A stretch of DNA of 64,000 bases from Meyerozyma guilliermondii. Lineage: Eukaryota. This document shows positions 20,682 through 32,300 of the stretch, piece by piece; the stretch's first letter is position 1; every line of letters starts with the position of its first letter. The notes under the pieces are model-generated. The model had not been told where the DNA came from, did no database searches, and was given only the letters and a program-made list of their open reading frames with translations. The DNA lies in contig CP128818.1 of NCBI GenBank assembly GCA_051546255.1, positions 1,240,001 to 1,304,000 of the forward strand, in the 5' to 3' direction. The translations under genes were made by a program, and so were the position numbers.

Positions 20682-21023
20682 GTGGTGTCTTACCGAGAGT
20701 CTCAAGATCCCAATTATTCAAACGATGATAGCATAACTGAACACCCACTCTCTACGCTAGCCGAGGAAGATTCTGCAGACAAATTGGATGAGCGTGCATC
20801 GAAGTTCATCGAAGCTAAACGTGATGAAAGGTTGCAAAAAATCCTAAACGTCTTCACAACACGCACACTTGATCTTGAACTAAGACACTCACAACGACTC
20901 GCCAAGGTGTTAAGCAAACTAAGCAAAGCTGATGAAGAAGGGAGAAGCTTAAAAAAAGATATAGTCTCGAAGATGGAAGAAATACTGACAAAGATGGAAA
21001 ATGACGAACTAAATGAACAATGA
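20682..21023 (+). pseudogene. ATG-less coiled-coil ORF, possible 5' half of the GCR1_C-like gene
   Basis: 113 charged, helical codons overlapping the next ORF by 11 nt in a different frame. Confidence 0.35.
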
Positions 21024-21846
21024 CAACTTAGTTATCAAGGCTGGAATGGAGAACGTGATTCAGATGTTGCGGGAAAATTATAATCAACCCGCTCCGAAAA
21101 ACAAGCGACGAAAGACAACTTCAACTTTTTCAACGTGCCTGCTGCTGCCGCCGCTGCTGCCACTGTCACCGCTATTGGCACCTAATTCCTCGCAAGAACT
21201 TGGCAGCCTCGTTGTTGACGAACAAGGTGAAGATGCATCGGCGGAGCATGGAACTGCTCATGAAGCGTCTCAAGATACAAGTATGACGAAGCGGAAGCTG
21301 AAGCTGAGCGATAAGCCGAAACGCAAAAAAGTCGAGAAAGCTCCAAAGGTGGCCCCGCTTTGTCTTGGAGAGAATGTATGTACCATCATGGAACTTATGA
21401 AGGAACATCAAATTGTGAAAAGCGCCAATTGGACAAAGTCAGAGGGAGAACGGAAGTACTTATCGAGGCGCAAGCTCCTTTATCAATATATTGAAGACAA
21501 AGGTGAGATGTTTGATGATGAAAATACCTCCTTGAGTGTGGTGGAAAAGTATCGTTTATTTAAAGGTCATAAGATAAGAGGTTTGGGGGACTTGTTTGTA
21601 TCGTGGTCGGACATGAAGGACGTTGTGGTTCGTCGCGGGCTGCCTAAAAATTTGTTTTCTGAAGGTACCAAACAACGGATTGATGAGGAGTTGACTCAAT
21701 TCGTGAATTCACCTGATTTTCATCAACCAGGCAAGACTGAGAAGAAGACACGGAAAAGAAAAACGACGCAGAACGAGAAAACGACTCAGATAGAGGGAAC
21801 GACGCTGCACTTCGTCAACTGGACCGGACCGGAAATGGCTCCGTAG
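21013..21846 (+). CDS. Putative nuclear DNA-binding protein with GCR1_C-like domain
   Basis: TIMELMKE...WTKSEGERKYLSRRKLLYQYIE...VVEKYR resembles GCR1_C; NLS-like PKNKRRK. Confidence 0.5.
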   Translation: MNNDNLVIKAGMENVIQMLRENYNQPAPKNKRRKTTSTFSTCLLLPPLLPLSPLLAPNSSQELGSLVVDEQGEDASAEHGTAHEASQDTSMTKRKLKLSDKPKRKKVEKAPKVAPLCLGENVCTIMELMKEHQIVKSANWTKSEGERKYLSRRKLLYQYIEDKGEMFDDENTSLSVVEKYRLFKGHKIRGLGDLFVSWSDMKDVVVRRGLPKNLFSEGTKQRIDEELTQFVNSPDFHQPGKTEKKTRKRKTTQNEKTTQIEGTTLHFVNWTGPEMAP

Positions 21847-22209
21847 CCTAAAGGGCCATTTCACTGAAGCACAAGGGAATTATACTGCACACATGCGTAT
21901 ATTTCATACAAAGTCCCTACAATATCAAATAACTAACGTCCCGATTGGATTGGTCCGACCACGTAGTTAAGAGGGAGGACCTTGCCGCGCACTATGATGC
22001 CATTTTAAACTATAATCACCTTCAACAATATCGTATTAAACTAGAATCCCGATTAGGTCAACCCGGTGGAAATTATAACTTGGTGGGTGCAGGAAAGAGG
22101 TTGCAAAAAAGCTTGCAACAGAGCCTAATCTTAATATCACTAATGAAAATTTTCTACACTCTAACTTTTCACATTTTAATCATTTTCTTCACACTTCATA
22201 ATATACAAT

Positions 22210-23571
22210 CTAAAACACCTCACCCTGGTCAAACATGGCATCGGCAACCTTGATGAAACCAGCAATGTTAGCACCCTGCAACAAAGATGGCAAGCCAGAA
22301 GCACTCTTCTCGGTAGAGTACTTGATAGCAGTGTTGTAACAGTTCTCGAAACAGGTGTACATGATGTTCTTTAACTTTTCGTCAACTTGTTCAGAAGTCC
22401 AGGAAACTCTTTGAGAGTTTTGGGCCATTTCCAAACCAGAAACGGCAACACCACCACAGTTGGCGGCCTTACCTGGAGCATACCAAACATTCTTGGATCT
22501 GTTGGCCTCGAAGACGTCGATAGCCTCGACGGTGGATCCCATATTGGAACCTTCAGCAATGTACTTGCATCCAGCGTCAACCAAAGCCTTAGCTTCGTCA
22601 CCGCTGACTTCGTTTTGGGTGGCACATGGCAATGCTACGTCAACTTGACCAACCTTGGTCCATGGACGGACACCGGCAATGTACTCGGTTTTGCCCGAGA
22701 AAATGGAAGCAGATTCTTTGCAGATTTCTTCCAATGACTTGAACTTGAGCTTAGCGGCAGCAATGGCCTCAACCTGCTCAGGCACAATACCAGATTGTGA
22801 AATGAGAGCTCCCTTAGAATCAGACAAAGAAACCACAGTTCCTCCCAATTCGATAACCTTCAAAGCAGCGTATTGGGCAACGTTACCAGAACCAGAAATG
22901 GCAACACGCTTACCCTTGAAAGTCTCCTTTCCACCAGTGGCCTTTTCAATCATCTTCTCCACATAGTAGACAGTACCGTAACCGGTGGCTTCAGGACGGA
23001 TCAAAGAACCACCCCAGCTCAAACCCTTACCGGTCAAAACACCGGACCAGTTGTTTTGCATTTGCTTGTAGGCACCGAACAAGTAACCAACTTCACGACC
23101 ACCAACACCAATGTCTCCAGCAGGAACATCTCTGTCGGCACCAATGTATCTGGCCAATTGTCTCATGAAAGCAACACAGAATCTTCTAATTTCAGCGTCA
23201 CTTCTTCCCTTGGGGTTGAAGTCACATCCACCTTTACCTCCACCCATGGAGAGACCGGTCAAGGCATTTTTGAAAATTTGTTCAAATCCCAAAAATTTCA
23301 ACACCGACAAGTTGACGGTTGGGTGGAATCTCAATCCTCCCTTGTAAGGACCAAGAGCCGAGTTGAATTGGACTCTGAAACCATTGTTCACCTCGATTTC
23401 TCCCTTGTCATTTTCCCATGAAACTCTGAATTGAATAATTCTTTCGGGAACTGAAACAACAGGAATCACCTTCTTGTAGTGAGGGTGTTCTTGGAACAAG
23501 GTGGATTCCTCCAAAGCGGAAACCAATTCGTTGTAAGCTTGTTGAAATTCGGGCTCGTGAGGCAAAACCAT
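22210..23571 (-). CDS. GDH3: NADP-specific glutamate dehydrogenase (Gdh1/Gdh3 type)
   Basis: [55 protein letters not shown]. Confidence 0.97.
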   Translation of the reverse strand: MVLPHEPEFQQAYNELVSALEESTLFQEHPHYKKVIPVVSVPERIIQFRVSWENDKGEIEVNNGFRVQFNSALGPYKGGLRFHPTVNLSVLKFLGFEQIFKNALTGLSMGGGKGGCDFNPKGRSDAEIRRFCVAFMRQLARYIGADRDVPAGDIGVGGREVGYLFGAYKQMQNNWSGVLTGKGLSWGGSLIRPEATGYGTVYYVEKMIEKATGGKETFKGKRVAISGSGNVAQYAALKVIELGGTVVSLSDSKGALISQSGIVPEQVEAIAAAKLKFKSLEEICKESASIFSGKTEYIAGVRPWTKVGQVDVALPCATQNEVSGDEAKALVDAGCKYIAEGSNMGSTVEAIDVFEANRSKNVWYAPGKAANCGGVAVSGLEMAQNSQRVSWTSEQVDEKLKNIMYTCFENCYNTAIKYSTEKSASGLPSLLQGANIAGFIKVADAMFDQGEVF

Positions 23572-24651
23572 TATGGATGAAAAATTCGATGGCGACTTGG
23601 CGAATTTATAGTTTTAAAGGTCATGTTGCACGCGGTTGCAACCGTGCAAAATTCTCCTGCAATCTGATATCAGTAGCCAATGAGAGCGCAGCACACTCAG
23701 GGCCGCTACCGGCTCTGCTCGAGGTCCGCCGGTCTGTATGCAGGCGCCGATTTCGATGCCGAAACGACCATGGGAATAATTCGTGATTGGGTCGGTGAAT
23801 AATGGTGAAGTTAACACGGACAGCTCCCACCGCTTTTCACTACACATATACCGCCTCACCAGCCATTTTTCCTCCGATTCCGTACGGCGACAACACACCC
23901 AACCAAGGCACATCCAGACACCAGATCGATGACTCAGGACCCTCACCTAATCAGTATCGAATCACACTCGCTACTGTCGCATTTGCCTGACCGAGCCCCG
24001 GAGTGTGCGCGGCGTTCGGTGCGGGCCGAAAACGTTAGGTGCGAACAAGTCCGAGTCGGGGAAAGTATGTACAAAACAATAGAAACTTTTGCAAATGTTG
24101 TGTGAATGTGATAGATACTTTCTTAGGCATAATTTCCACCTTATAGTTAATTCATCTCTGTACGTTTTTGGTCATTAAGTGGATTAAGCACAGCGCTTGC
24201 AACTGCCAAAAGCCGATAGACAGTTGTCTGAATTACCAGAAGTGGAGATGCTGTAAATTGATCGCAAATCTGCTTCTCTTTGAAGCTTGATCTGATAAAA
24301 ATGATAAACTCTAGTAAACGAGATTTGCAAACCTCTGACGTACTAGAGACATTATAAACTACCTACACAATTAACTTCGTACAACTAAATTCGCCTTAAA
24401 ACGGACTAAACTCTGTAAACTATATTATTAACTTCCACAATCAACCTAAAATTATGCTTCGTATTTCATGAGCTTCTGATTTGGACCAGTGATATCTCAC
24501 CTGATGGCTTTGTATTTGGTGACTTAGCCTGCTATGCTCACTTATTAGTAGCCTAATCTGTATTTAAAGTTTTACTTCATGTACAAACTGGAAGCAAGAC
24601 CCTCTTAAGTATCTCCACTATTTACATACACTTAATGTTGTGAAGTCGTCC

Positions 24652-25986
24652 CTACTTTTCGTCAACTTCGAATACACGGAACCGTTGGGCAATCCGATCG
24701 TCCACCACCAATTCTTGAACCCATTCAGAACCCTTGTCCTTTCCTTTTTGCACCCATTTTTTAGGCCACTCCGACTCCTCCTCTTTAGCCATGAATTGGT
24801 CCTTGTACTCAAACGGCCTGGATTTGTTGTCTACGAGTTGGGCTGTTCTTCTGCAAAAGTCGTCGGCTTCATACCTCTGGTTGAAAAATCGGTATATCTT
24901 ACGAGGGGTGTTGGTGAACCCCACAATTGTTGGTAAAGCGAAAACATAAACTGGCTGTTCAAAGAGAACAGGAACCTTTTTGTCGTTCAACACTTGTCTG
25001 CTGGTATCGAGTTCCGGTGCCAACTCAGCATCGGCATATTGCTCGGGTCGTATGAATGGTTTGGGAACTGGATTGGTTTCCTCCTTCGTCTCGCCAGTCT
25101 CTTCGTCGATTGTAGTTTCTGCAACTTCAGCCTTCGTTTCGGTGCTCACTGTAGCATCAGAATTACCATCTTCATTTTTGAATTCGCTAACTTTTTCGAC
25201 TGTTGGCTCGGGAGCCTCCAAAGGACCCAAAAGACCCTCGTGGACTCCCGCCATATACTCCTTAAATGCACCACGGCCAATGCAAATGACTCCACCTGCT
25301 TTTTCCGGGTCAAGCTCGTCGTCTCGGTGAGGATAAATGGTGTCGTTGAAATAATAGAACCCAAGAACGTCTCTCACTTTATATAAGTCCAGGCGCTTTA
25401 CGAGTACTTCTTCGTCGTCCTCAGACTTCGGAGCACCACCAGTCAACTTTTTAAACGAAGCAAGCATATCTTTCGGGGAATTATTTCGACTATTCTGGTC
25501 ACTCTGAGTATTCTCTACACCACTTCTCTCTCTCCTCAATTCTCTAATCTTCTCAGCCACGCTAGCACGAATATCTCCCTGGCGGTTCTCGCTGTACACC
25601 TCGTAATCTACAGCGGCTGCGTTCAACACAGGCTTGACGTATTTTCTGAAATATTGCATGGACACATCCAAAAAGTTATCTGGAGGAGGAGCGATGAAAA
25701 TTGACATTTTTCGAGGTATTCGGTCATTGGGATAAGCCTCCTGGCTCAAGTGTTCGACGTGCTTCATCCACTTTGCCCTGATCTGCTTTTGTTCGTATTT
25801 ATCGTAGGCGATTCCTCCACCAATGCCTGCCAAGACCGTCCAGAAAATGAGCCAATTACGAGATGGAAGAGAGAAACGAGGAATCCCCATCATTCTCAAG
25901 GCCGGACTCTTCCATTGTTTCTTGACCTTTGGCTTAGGAGTTTCACCTGTGGTGCTAGGCGAAGCAGGTGGCTCGTTACCACTCAT
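24652..25986 (-). CDS. TIM54: Mitochondrial TIM22 complex subunit Tim54
   Basis: PALRMMGIP..SLPSRNWLIFW, YDKYEQ, GGVICIGRGAFKEY, KEEESEWPKKWV; ATG at 25986. Confidence 0.93.
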   Translation of the reverse strand: MSGNEPPASPSTTGETPKPKVKKQWKSPALRMMGIPRFSLPSRNWLIFWTVLAGIGGGIAYDKYEQKQIRAKWMKHVEHLSQEAYPNDRIPRKMSIFIAPPPDNFLDVSMQYFRKYVKPVLNAAAVDYEVYSENRQGDIRASVAEKIRELRRERSGVENTQSDQNSRNNSPKDMLASFKKLTGGAPKSEDDEEVLVKRLDLYKVRDVLGFYYFNDTIYPHRDDELDPEKAGGVICIGRGAFKEYMAGVHEGLLGPLEAPEPTVEKVSEFKNEDGNSDATVSTETKAEVAETTIDEETGETKEETNPVPKPFIRPEQYADAELAPELDTSRQVLNDKKVPVLFEQPVYVFALPTIVGFTNTPRKIYRFFNQRYEADDFCRRTAQLVDNKSRPFEYKDQFMAKEEESEWPKKWVQKGKDKGSEWVQELVVDDRIAQRFRVFEVDEK

Positions 25987-26190
25987 TGTAGAATCGAGCT
26001 GCGACAGAATTTTCTTGACGTGCGGGTGTGTGGATGCGAGAATGGGACTGTGGGGGAAGACCACAGTTGATATTATTAGGTATATGACTGTTCTGTGTTG
26101 TGTTAGTTGTTTTCTCTTTTTCTGTCTTTTTCTGTTTTACTCTGTCTTTTCGTCATACTACTGAATTTTCATTTTGCACTTTACCACTTG

Positions 26191-27411
26191 TCAGATATAC
26201 CTATCAAGCTCAATCTCCAAATCCAGCTTATTTAATCCTTTTCCTATAAGAACCAACTTATTTTCTTTGACTCCATCGGCCAAAGAGCCGCCCTTGATGA
26301 CGTCGTAGGTGTCACGAACACCCTGTATCACTCGGACGTCTCTCGTTTCTCCATCTTTAACCAATATTCCCTTCACTCTATGAACCTCTATGTCTTTTCC
26401 ATTGGCTTTGTTCTCCCACAAAATGTACCTGAGAAACATGTCGACAGCGCCAAAGTTATCCGTGGTGAAGAACGGAAACAGTAATGTTATGGTGGATATT
26501 CTGTCGTCGTGGAACGAAGCGTCGGTGGTGTAGCTCAAGGATGTAGTTAATTTGTCCAAACTAGCCTCAAACGCATGCCTATCAAGAATCTTGTCCAAGT
26601 CTATGTCTCCAAACAGAGTGGAGTATATGGGTGCCGAGGCATTGATCTTGCGGACTCTAGAGCAGATTGCGGCTAGTTTCTCTTCGTTGATAAGATCCAT
26701 TTTGTTAACGAGCAAAACATCGGCCAAGGCTATTTGGAGGTGTGCGGTAGTAATTCCTTCTTCGAGCTGGTTTTTCTCAATTCGAAGTTCTTCTTCGGTG
26801 ACATCGTCGGGGTTTACACTTTGAACAGACTTGAGGTGGTTGTTTTGGCGGTGCCAGTGGCCACCAACATCATCCAAACAAGTCAAAATATTCTCTGAAT
26901 CAAGAACTGTAATCACAGAATCGATGTACACATTAGAAGCGAGACCTTCGTCTAACCAGAACATCTTAGCAATCGGAGCAGGATCTGCTATGCCCGTTGT
27001 TTCCAACAAAATGTAATCTATGGAACCTTTTGATCTCGCAATAAGTTGTTCTATGGCAACAACTCCATTATCTTTGACGGTGCAACAAAGACACCCATTG
27101 CCTAGGTCCAACCATTCCTGAACGGCATCGTTCGAGTTTTGAATGGTGACCAGCTTTTCGATTGCAGAAGAGTCGCCGAACTCATTAAGGATAATGGCGA
27201 GTTTTTTCGTGGAATTTTTACCGATATTTTGTAAAAGCGTAGACTTTCCCGATCCGAGATATCCAGTGATGATAGTTATTGGGATTTTCTTATCGGTATC
27301 TACCGGCAATTCTGGCTCTTTCGCCACATAGTTGTCATTTGCAGAAGGTCTGGAGTACTGTTTTCCCTCTGTTTCTTTCAAATCTGTCACTAGTTCGGGT
27401 ATGTCTTCCAT
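26191..27411 (-). CDS. ZNG1: COG0523/CobW zinc-chaperone GTPase
   Basis: ITGYLGSGKST, NEFG, GNGCLCC, ETTGIADP, NKMD; ATG at 27411. Confidence 0.88.
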   Translation of the reverse strand: MEDIPELVTDLKETEGKQYSRPSANDNYVAKEPELPVDTDKKIPITIITGYLGSGKSTLLQNIGKNSTKKLAIILNEFGDSSAIEKLVTIQNSNDAVQEWLDLGNGCLCCTVKDNGVVAIEQLIARSKGSIDYILLETTGIADPAPIAKMFWLDEGLASNVYIDSVITVLDSENILTCLDDVGGHWHRQNNHLKSVQSVNPDDVTEEELRIEKNQLEEGITTAHLQIALADVLLVNKMDLINEEKLAAICSRVRKINASAPIYSTLFGDIDLDKILDRHAFEASLDKLTTSLSYTTDASFHDDRISTITLLFPFFTTDNFGAVDMFLRYILWENKANGKDIEVHRVKGILVKDGETRDVRVIQGVRDTYDVIKGGSLADGVKENKLVLIGKGLNKLDLEIELDRYI

Positions 27412-27482
27412 GAGAGTACGGAACCAAATTTCGCAATTTGTATTTTTCGCACCCGCACCGAAAATATATCTTCTCCACAACC

Positions 27483-29327
27483 ATGGCCAAGATCAGGATC
27501 CTCGATGCCTGCGTCCTTTTGGTAATAATCCTCTTCATGGGGATGGCTCCGTACACCAAGGTCGAGGAATCTTTCAACATTCAAGCTATTCATGATATTT
27601 TGAACTATGGCTTCTATCCATACCAAGTGGTTGAGAAGAACTACGACCACATTTCTTTTCCAGGAGCCGTCCCACGGTCATTTGTGGGGAGCTTGGTGAT
27701 AGCAGCGATCGCCAAAGTTATTTTATTTCCATTATCACTCGTTGGAATTGATCTAATGAAAACAGATTCACTGCAATTGACATTGCAAATGCTTGTAAGA
27801 GGTATCCTAGGTTTGGCAAACGGGTTGATGTTGATTCGTTTTAGAGATCAATTGAACCAGGTGGTGTTTATCGAGAGGAAACACAAACGAGGAGTTACCG
27901 GGTTTTGGTTCACACTCTTGGTTTTGTCTCAGTTTCATTTACTCTTCTACTCGTCGCGAACCCTTCCCAATTTCATTGCTCTACCTGTGGTTAACTTTGC
28001 ATTCAGCAAGCTCATAAGTGGTGATATCACTGGGTTGACGTGGTTGGCTTTCGTGGGCGTAGTTTTGAGGTTGGAAGTAGGCATTTTGGGTGGTATAATA
28101 GCCCTCATGTCGTCGCTTGGCTTTGGCAATTACAGCTTTTCGTTCTGCACTTTCCTCTTGTTTTCAGGAGCCTTTGTGGGCTTGGCCACTTCCTTCTTCA
28201 TTGACTCGTACTTCTGGGGTAGACTTTGTGTTCCAGAGTTGGAAGCATTTTTTTTCAACGTAATTCAAGGCAAAGCCGCTCAATGGGGAACACATCCATT
28301 CTCTGCATACTTCACTGAGTTGTTGTGGAAACTTTTCAAACCGCCAATTGTGCTCCTTTTACTTCCCTCAGGACTTTTGAGCGATCCAGCTGATGACGGA
28401 ACAAACCCATTCAGCAAAAAGACTCCCAGCATAACCCATCCTTCAAGAAACTCGTTGAGAATCTTGACTCTTTCGTGCTTGACTTACGTCTTTGTGATGT
28501 CGTTCCAGCCACATAAAGAATGGAGGTTCATCATCTATGTCGTTCCCGTTTTTATGATGCTGGCAGCTAATGCTTTAGCTTCTTTTCAACGTCAAGCATC
28601 GAAAGGTTTTCTCAGCAAACTCCTCGTATTCGTGCTTTTTGTTGGAATTTGCTCCAGCATTCTACTTTCGTTCTTGATGAGCTTTGTCTCGAGTTTCAAT
28701 TACCCTGGAGGTGATGTGATTCAATATGCTAATCATTATATGCTTGAACACCCTGGCGTGGCCCATCTTGATGTCGAACCTTGTATGACGGGAATCACCA
28801 AGTTTACGGAGGTTCACAGCCCATCAGTTCAGTTTGACAAAACAGAAGATGCAAAAAAACTCCTGGAGTTATGGGACAGTTTTTCTTTGCTTGTAACTGA
28901 AAAACGATTGTCCAATCGAGTCTACAACGAGAGCTCAATATCCTTTGACGGGTCTAGTTGGACAATGATTTATTCAGCAAAAAAATTTGAAGCTATTTCC
29001 ATGCGTCCATTATTCTTTCTTGTCCAGCAGAATCAAAAAGACAAATCAGTTCTTCCTGCCTTTTTGCTTCAGGTTCTCAACGAGTTGACACATGGACGAA
29101 TTGACACTGTAAAGCACCTCCTTGAGGCTATGGTTGTTCGGCTGGATTACCTCTACGTCTACAAGAGGATAAAACCAGATTCGCAACAGGCGTCAAGCAA
29201 CCACCTAATCCAAGAATCCGTTGAACAAAAAGAAAAAGTTGAAGAGACCAAAGATTTGGACTTTGATAAAGTTGGTGAAAAATTGAATAACGAGATAGAC
29301 GATTTGGAGGGAGTATATACGAACTAG
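27483..29327 (+). CDS. ALG12: Dol-P-Man alpha-1,6-mannosyltransferase Alg12
   Basis: PYTKVEESFNIQAIHD, YDHISFPGAVPRSF, SRTLPNF, HKEWRF, NYPGG. Confidence 0.95.
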   Translation: MAKIRILDACVLLVIILFMGMAPYTKVEESFNIQAIHDILNYGFYPYQVVEKNYDHISFPGAVPRSFVGSLVIAAIAKVILFPLSLVGIDLMKTDSLQLTLQMLVRGILGLANGLMLIRFRDQLNQVVFIERKHKRGVTGFWFTLLVLSQFHLLFYSSRTLPNFIALPVVNFAFSKLISGDITGLTWLAFVGVVLRLEVGILGGIIALMSSLGFGNYSFSFCTFLLFSGAFVGLATSFFIDSYFWGRLCVPELEAFFFNVIQGKAAQWGTHPFSAYFTELLWKLFKPPIVLLLLPSGLLSDPADDGTNPFSKKTPSITHPSRNSLRILTLSCLTYVFVMSFQPHKEWRFIIYVVPVFMMLAANALASFQRQASKGFLSKLLVFVLFVGICSSILLSFLMSFVSSFNYPGGDVIQYANHYMLEHPGVAHLDVEPCMTGITKFTEVHSPSVQFDKTEDAKKLLELWDSFSLLVTEKRLSNRVYNESSISFDGSSWTMIYSAKKFEAISMRPLFFLVQQNQKDKSVLPAFLLQVLNELTHGRIDTVKHLLEAMVVRLDYLYVYKRIKPDSQQASSNHLIQESVEQKEKVEETKDLDFDKVGEKLNNEIDDLEGVYTN

Positions 29328-32300
29328 AATATAACATTGGGGCTCTTTTCTGTGTCATCTTCTGTTGGAATGAAGATGGGCGTGATCCGCCTGAGCTTCT
29401 TTGCAGTAGCTATAATTGACATTTCATCCATGGGATTCGGACCAGCCGGCGTATTTGTTCGCTTAATGTCGAAGTTGGGCGGCTCTGGAGGCAGAATTGA
29501 TCTGTAAGAATTCCTGACTTTTGGAGGCAGAAGTCTGACGTAGTTTTGCTGATAGCTCTCAGATACTCGCCGAGAGTCTCGAGCATCCCTTTCGCTGCTA
29601 CTCTTTGCACTTTCAAAGCGTCGCTTGAGTGCACTTATTCGTTGAGATTTGACTCTTAAAGTCGTTGACTCTAATCTTGAGGAAGAAAAGGTGTTGAGGT
29701 TTCTTGGTGGTGACCTCTTGAGAGGCGTATTGAGATAGCTAGGACTTCCCGTTAAATTTCTTGTCGACTTACTCGCTAGAGGAGACTGATTGGACATTGT
29801 AGTATCACCATCGTCGTCGCGGACGTTGCGGCTGGCTAGTAGGTTCGATCTCCACAAATCAAAGAAATCTCTTTTTCTTGCTTGATCCCATTTTTCGATG
29901 AACAAAGTACAACTCTGCTCGTTTCGTTTAACGTATTTGAGCACCTTCATGGACCAGACGTTGAGGACTTCTCTCAGCTTTGAAAATTCTCGTTGATCCC
30001 TGAAATCGTTGCTAAGGTCTGTCAACTGCACGTTGCTTGTATACCGTTCGTACCAAATTACTAGAGCCTTCTTCATTAGCATTTTCAGTTCGAATTCGAT
30101 CGCATCATCTTCAAGTTCCTCGATCGCCAATGCTGACTCACGCCAGTGGTGTAAGTATGACTTTAAAGTATCGCTATGACGCTGAAAAGAAATGCATTTT
30201 TGCTCCATTTCCATCTCTTGGTTCCTTCTAATTATCAATTGGTCTACCCAATGACGAAAGAATCTGGATACAACCAATGGCCCTTGAACACGGCGCTCAA
30301 AGAATTTGACCTTTTCATCGATGTACAAGGAGTACTTTTCTTGTTGCTTTTGCACCCATAATTTGAGATATAGTTTGGTGATTAGTCTGTCGGAAATAGT
30401 ACCGAGTTTCGTTTCTAGAGAGACCATATCTTGGACTTTGGAGTATTGGGACAACCACTTGGACGAAAATTTACGAAGCACAAAAGTGTCTGAGTCTTGA
30501 AGCCGTTGGCGAACAGAAATATTCTTCATCTTCCAGGCTTCAAAAGCTCTTTTCCTTAACGCTTCATCGTGAAATTGAAGCGCTAATTCAGCTTTATCTT
30601 GATTTTGTCCTTGCTTGCGTCTCATAGCCGAAAGGAAATTCTTCATCTGAGCGTGGTCCTTTTCTTTCTTCCAAAGCAGTAACTGGAAGCTCAACTTCCA
30701 CTTCTGGAGGAACACTGTAAGCACTGGCTTTTTCAAAGAAGCCTGATCTTTCTGTCTTGAAGTCAAATTTGCTTTCCAAGTGTTGAACGCCCATTTCAAC
30801 AATCTCTCTCTCCTAAACGTAAGTTGTGCGCTTTTAACAGCTAGCTCTCCTACCCACAAGTTCCAGAATTCTCGCTTGAGCGATCGACTCTTTCGAGCAT
30901 TGTAAGAATTTAACACTTCATTCATAACTCTCACCTTTCTCCACAATTGGAAGAACACTCGTAAGATATGCTTCAGGTTCTTGATATACACCGACTGCAT
31001 AATCTTGTTTAGCTGATGTTTCAAGATAATTTTTCTCATGAATTTAGATAGGACAAATTGCTTTTCAGTAGTGAGGAGATGCTTAAGTTTGGAGCTCATG
31101 GTGTTCAGTTCAATGTGTCGCAGTACCACTTCAGAGTTATTTTTGACAGAAGAAGTGTGGCTTGAGTATGAATCATTCAACTTGGAAACCCACAGATCAA
31201 AGGTTAATTTTAGTAACAAGAAGTGAACTTTGGCTTTTGTTTCCGAAGCGAAAGTATCGGCAAGAGCTATTGATGTGTCAATAGCGGCCTTCTTTTCAAC
31301 TAGTGCCTTGAACACAGGCTTATAAGCGATCTTTTTATGGTGCGTTTGGGCCACTAGTAACTGCTCTTTCGTCACATTGAACTTTGAAGTCCAAATTCCA
31401 AAGAATTTTTTTAATGCAAAATCATTTGCTTTGAGTAATCTCTTGTTGTTTGACTGTAATTTATTCTGCCACTTGTGAAAAGTTAATGTTTCAAGCAGAC
31501 TCGCAGAGTACGATGAAGCTACTGCCATAACCTTTTGTCTCTGTGTTGTTCTTCCGATCCAGATGGTGAGGTACTTTTTTCGAGTTCGGGTATTTATCTT
31601 CCATTTCTCCTGCAAAACATGGCGATCATGAGCAAACTTGAGTGCCTTTAAATGCCAAAGTTTGAAGTGGGAACGAAGCGTGGAAAAGCATCGTGTAAAC
31701 ATCATGTACGCCGCTCTCATTAGAAATGTAGACTGGGATTCAATAAGTTGCGAATGAAGGTCATAAAACTGCATAACTGCAGACTTGATATCAACGAGGT
31801 CATCGCCATAGTTGAAGCTTACAATCTGGTCAATTGAACGTTTGAGACTGCTTACAAACAGACAGTCACCTGCTGAAACCCTTTCCTTCATTTCCACGAA
31901 CACGAGATCGAAGTATGTATGCAAAAGTATTGGGAAATTGGGATCGAAGAAAAAATTGAAATCATTTAGATCTGGGATAAATTCACGAACGTGGGATATG
32001 ATTGCGGTCCGCTCAGACTTTGAAAGCACAAAGTCCTCACCGCTGATTTGCATGTTGGAAGGAGGTTGGTTGATGGTCGGTTTTTGTTGGCGTAGCAATT
32101 TGAGATCATCAAATGCCTTGTTGGCGGCCCGAACCAACAACCGGTCAGTAGTTTTCACAATTTCCTGGTTCATGAAGTCATATAAGAAGTTCACCTTTTC
32201 CTCTTTGACTTCAAAAGTGTCGAGTTCAAGGGAACCAACAGCTCGTGAGCGCATGTAGAGATTAACCATGATCCGTATGTATCGCTTATAGTCACGAACA

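Noticed and set aside
22371..23421. Several long antisense ORFs over GDH
   Set aside because: Expected by-product of strong codon bias in a highly expressed gene
24290..24345. Possible C/D snoRNA (ATGATA...CTGA)
   Set aside because: Box C is not RTGATGA, and there is no terminal stem or recognisable guide
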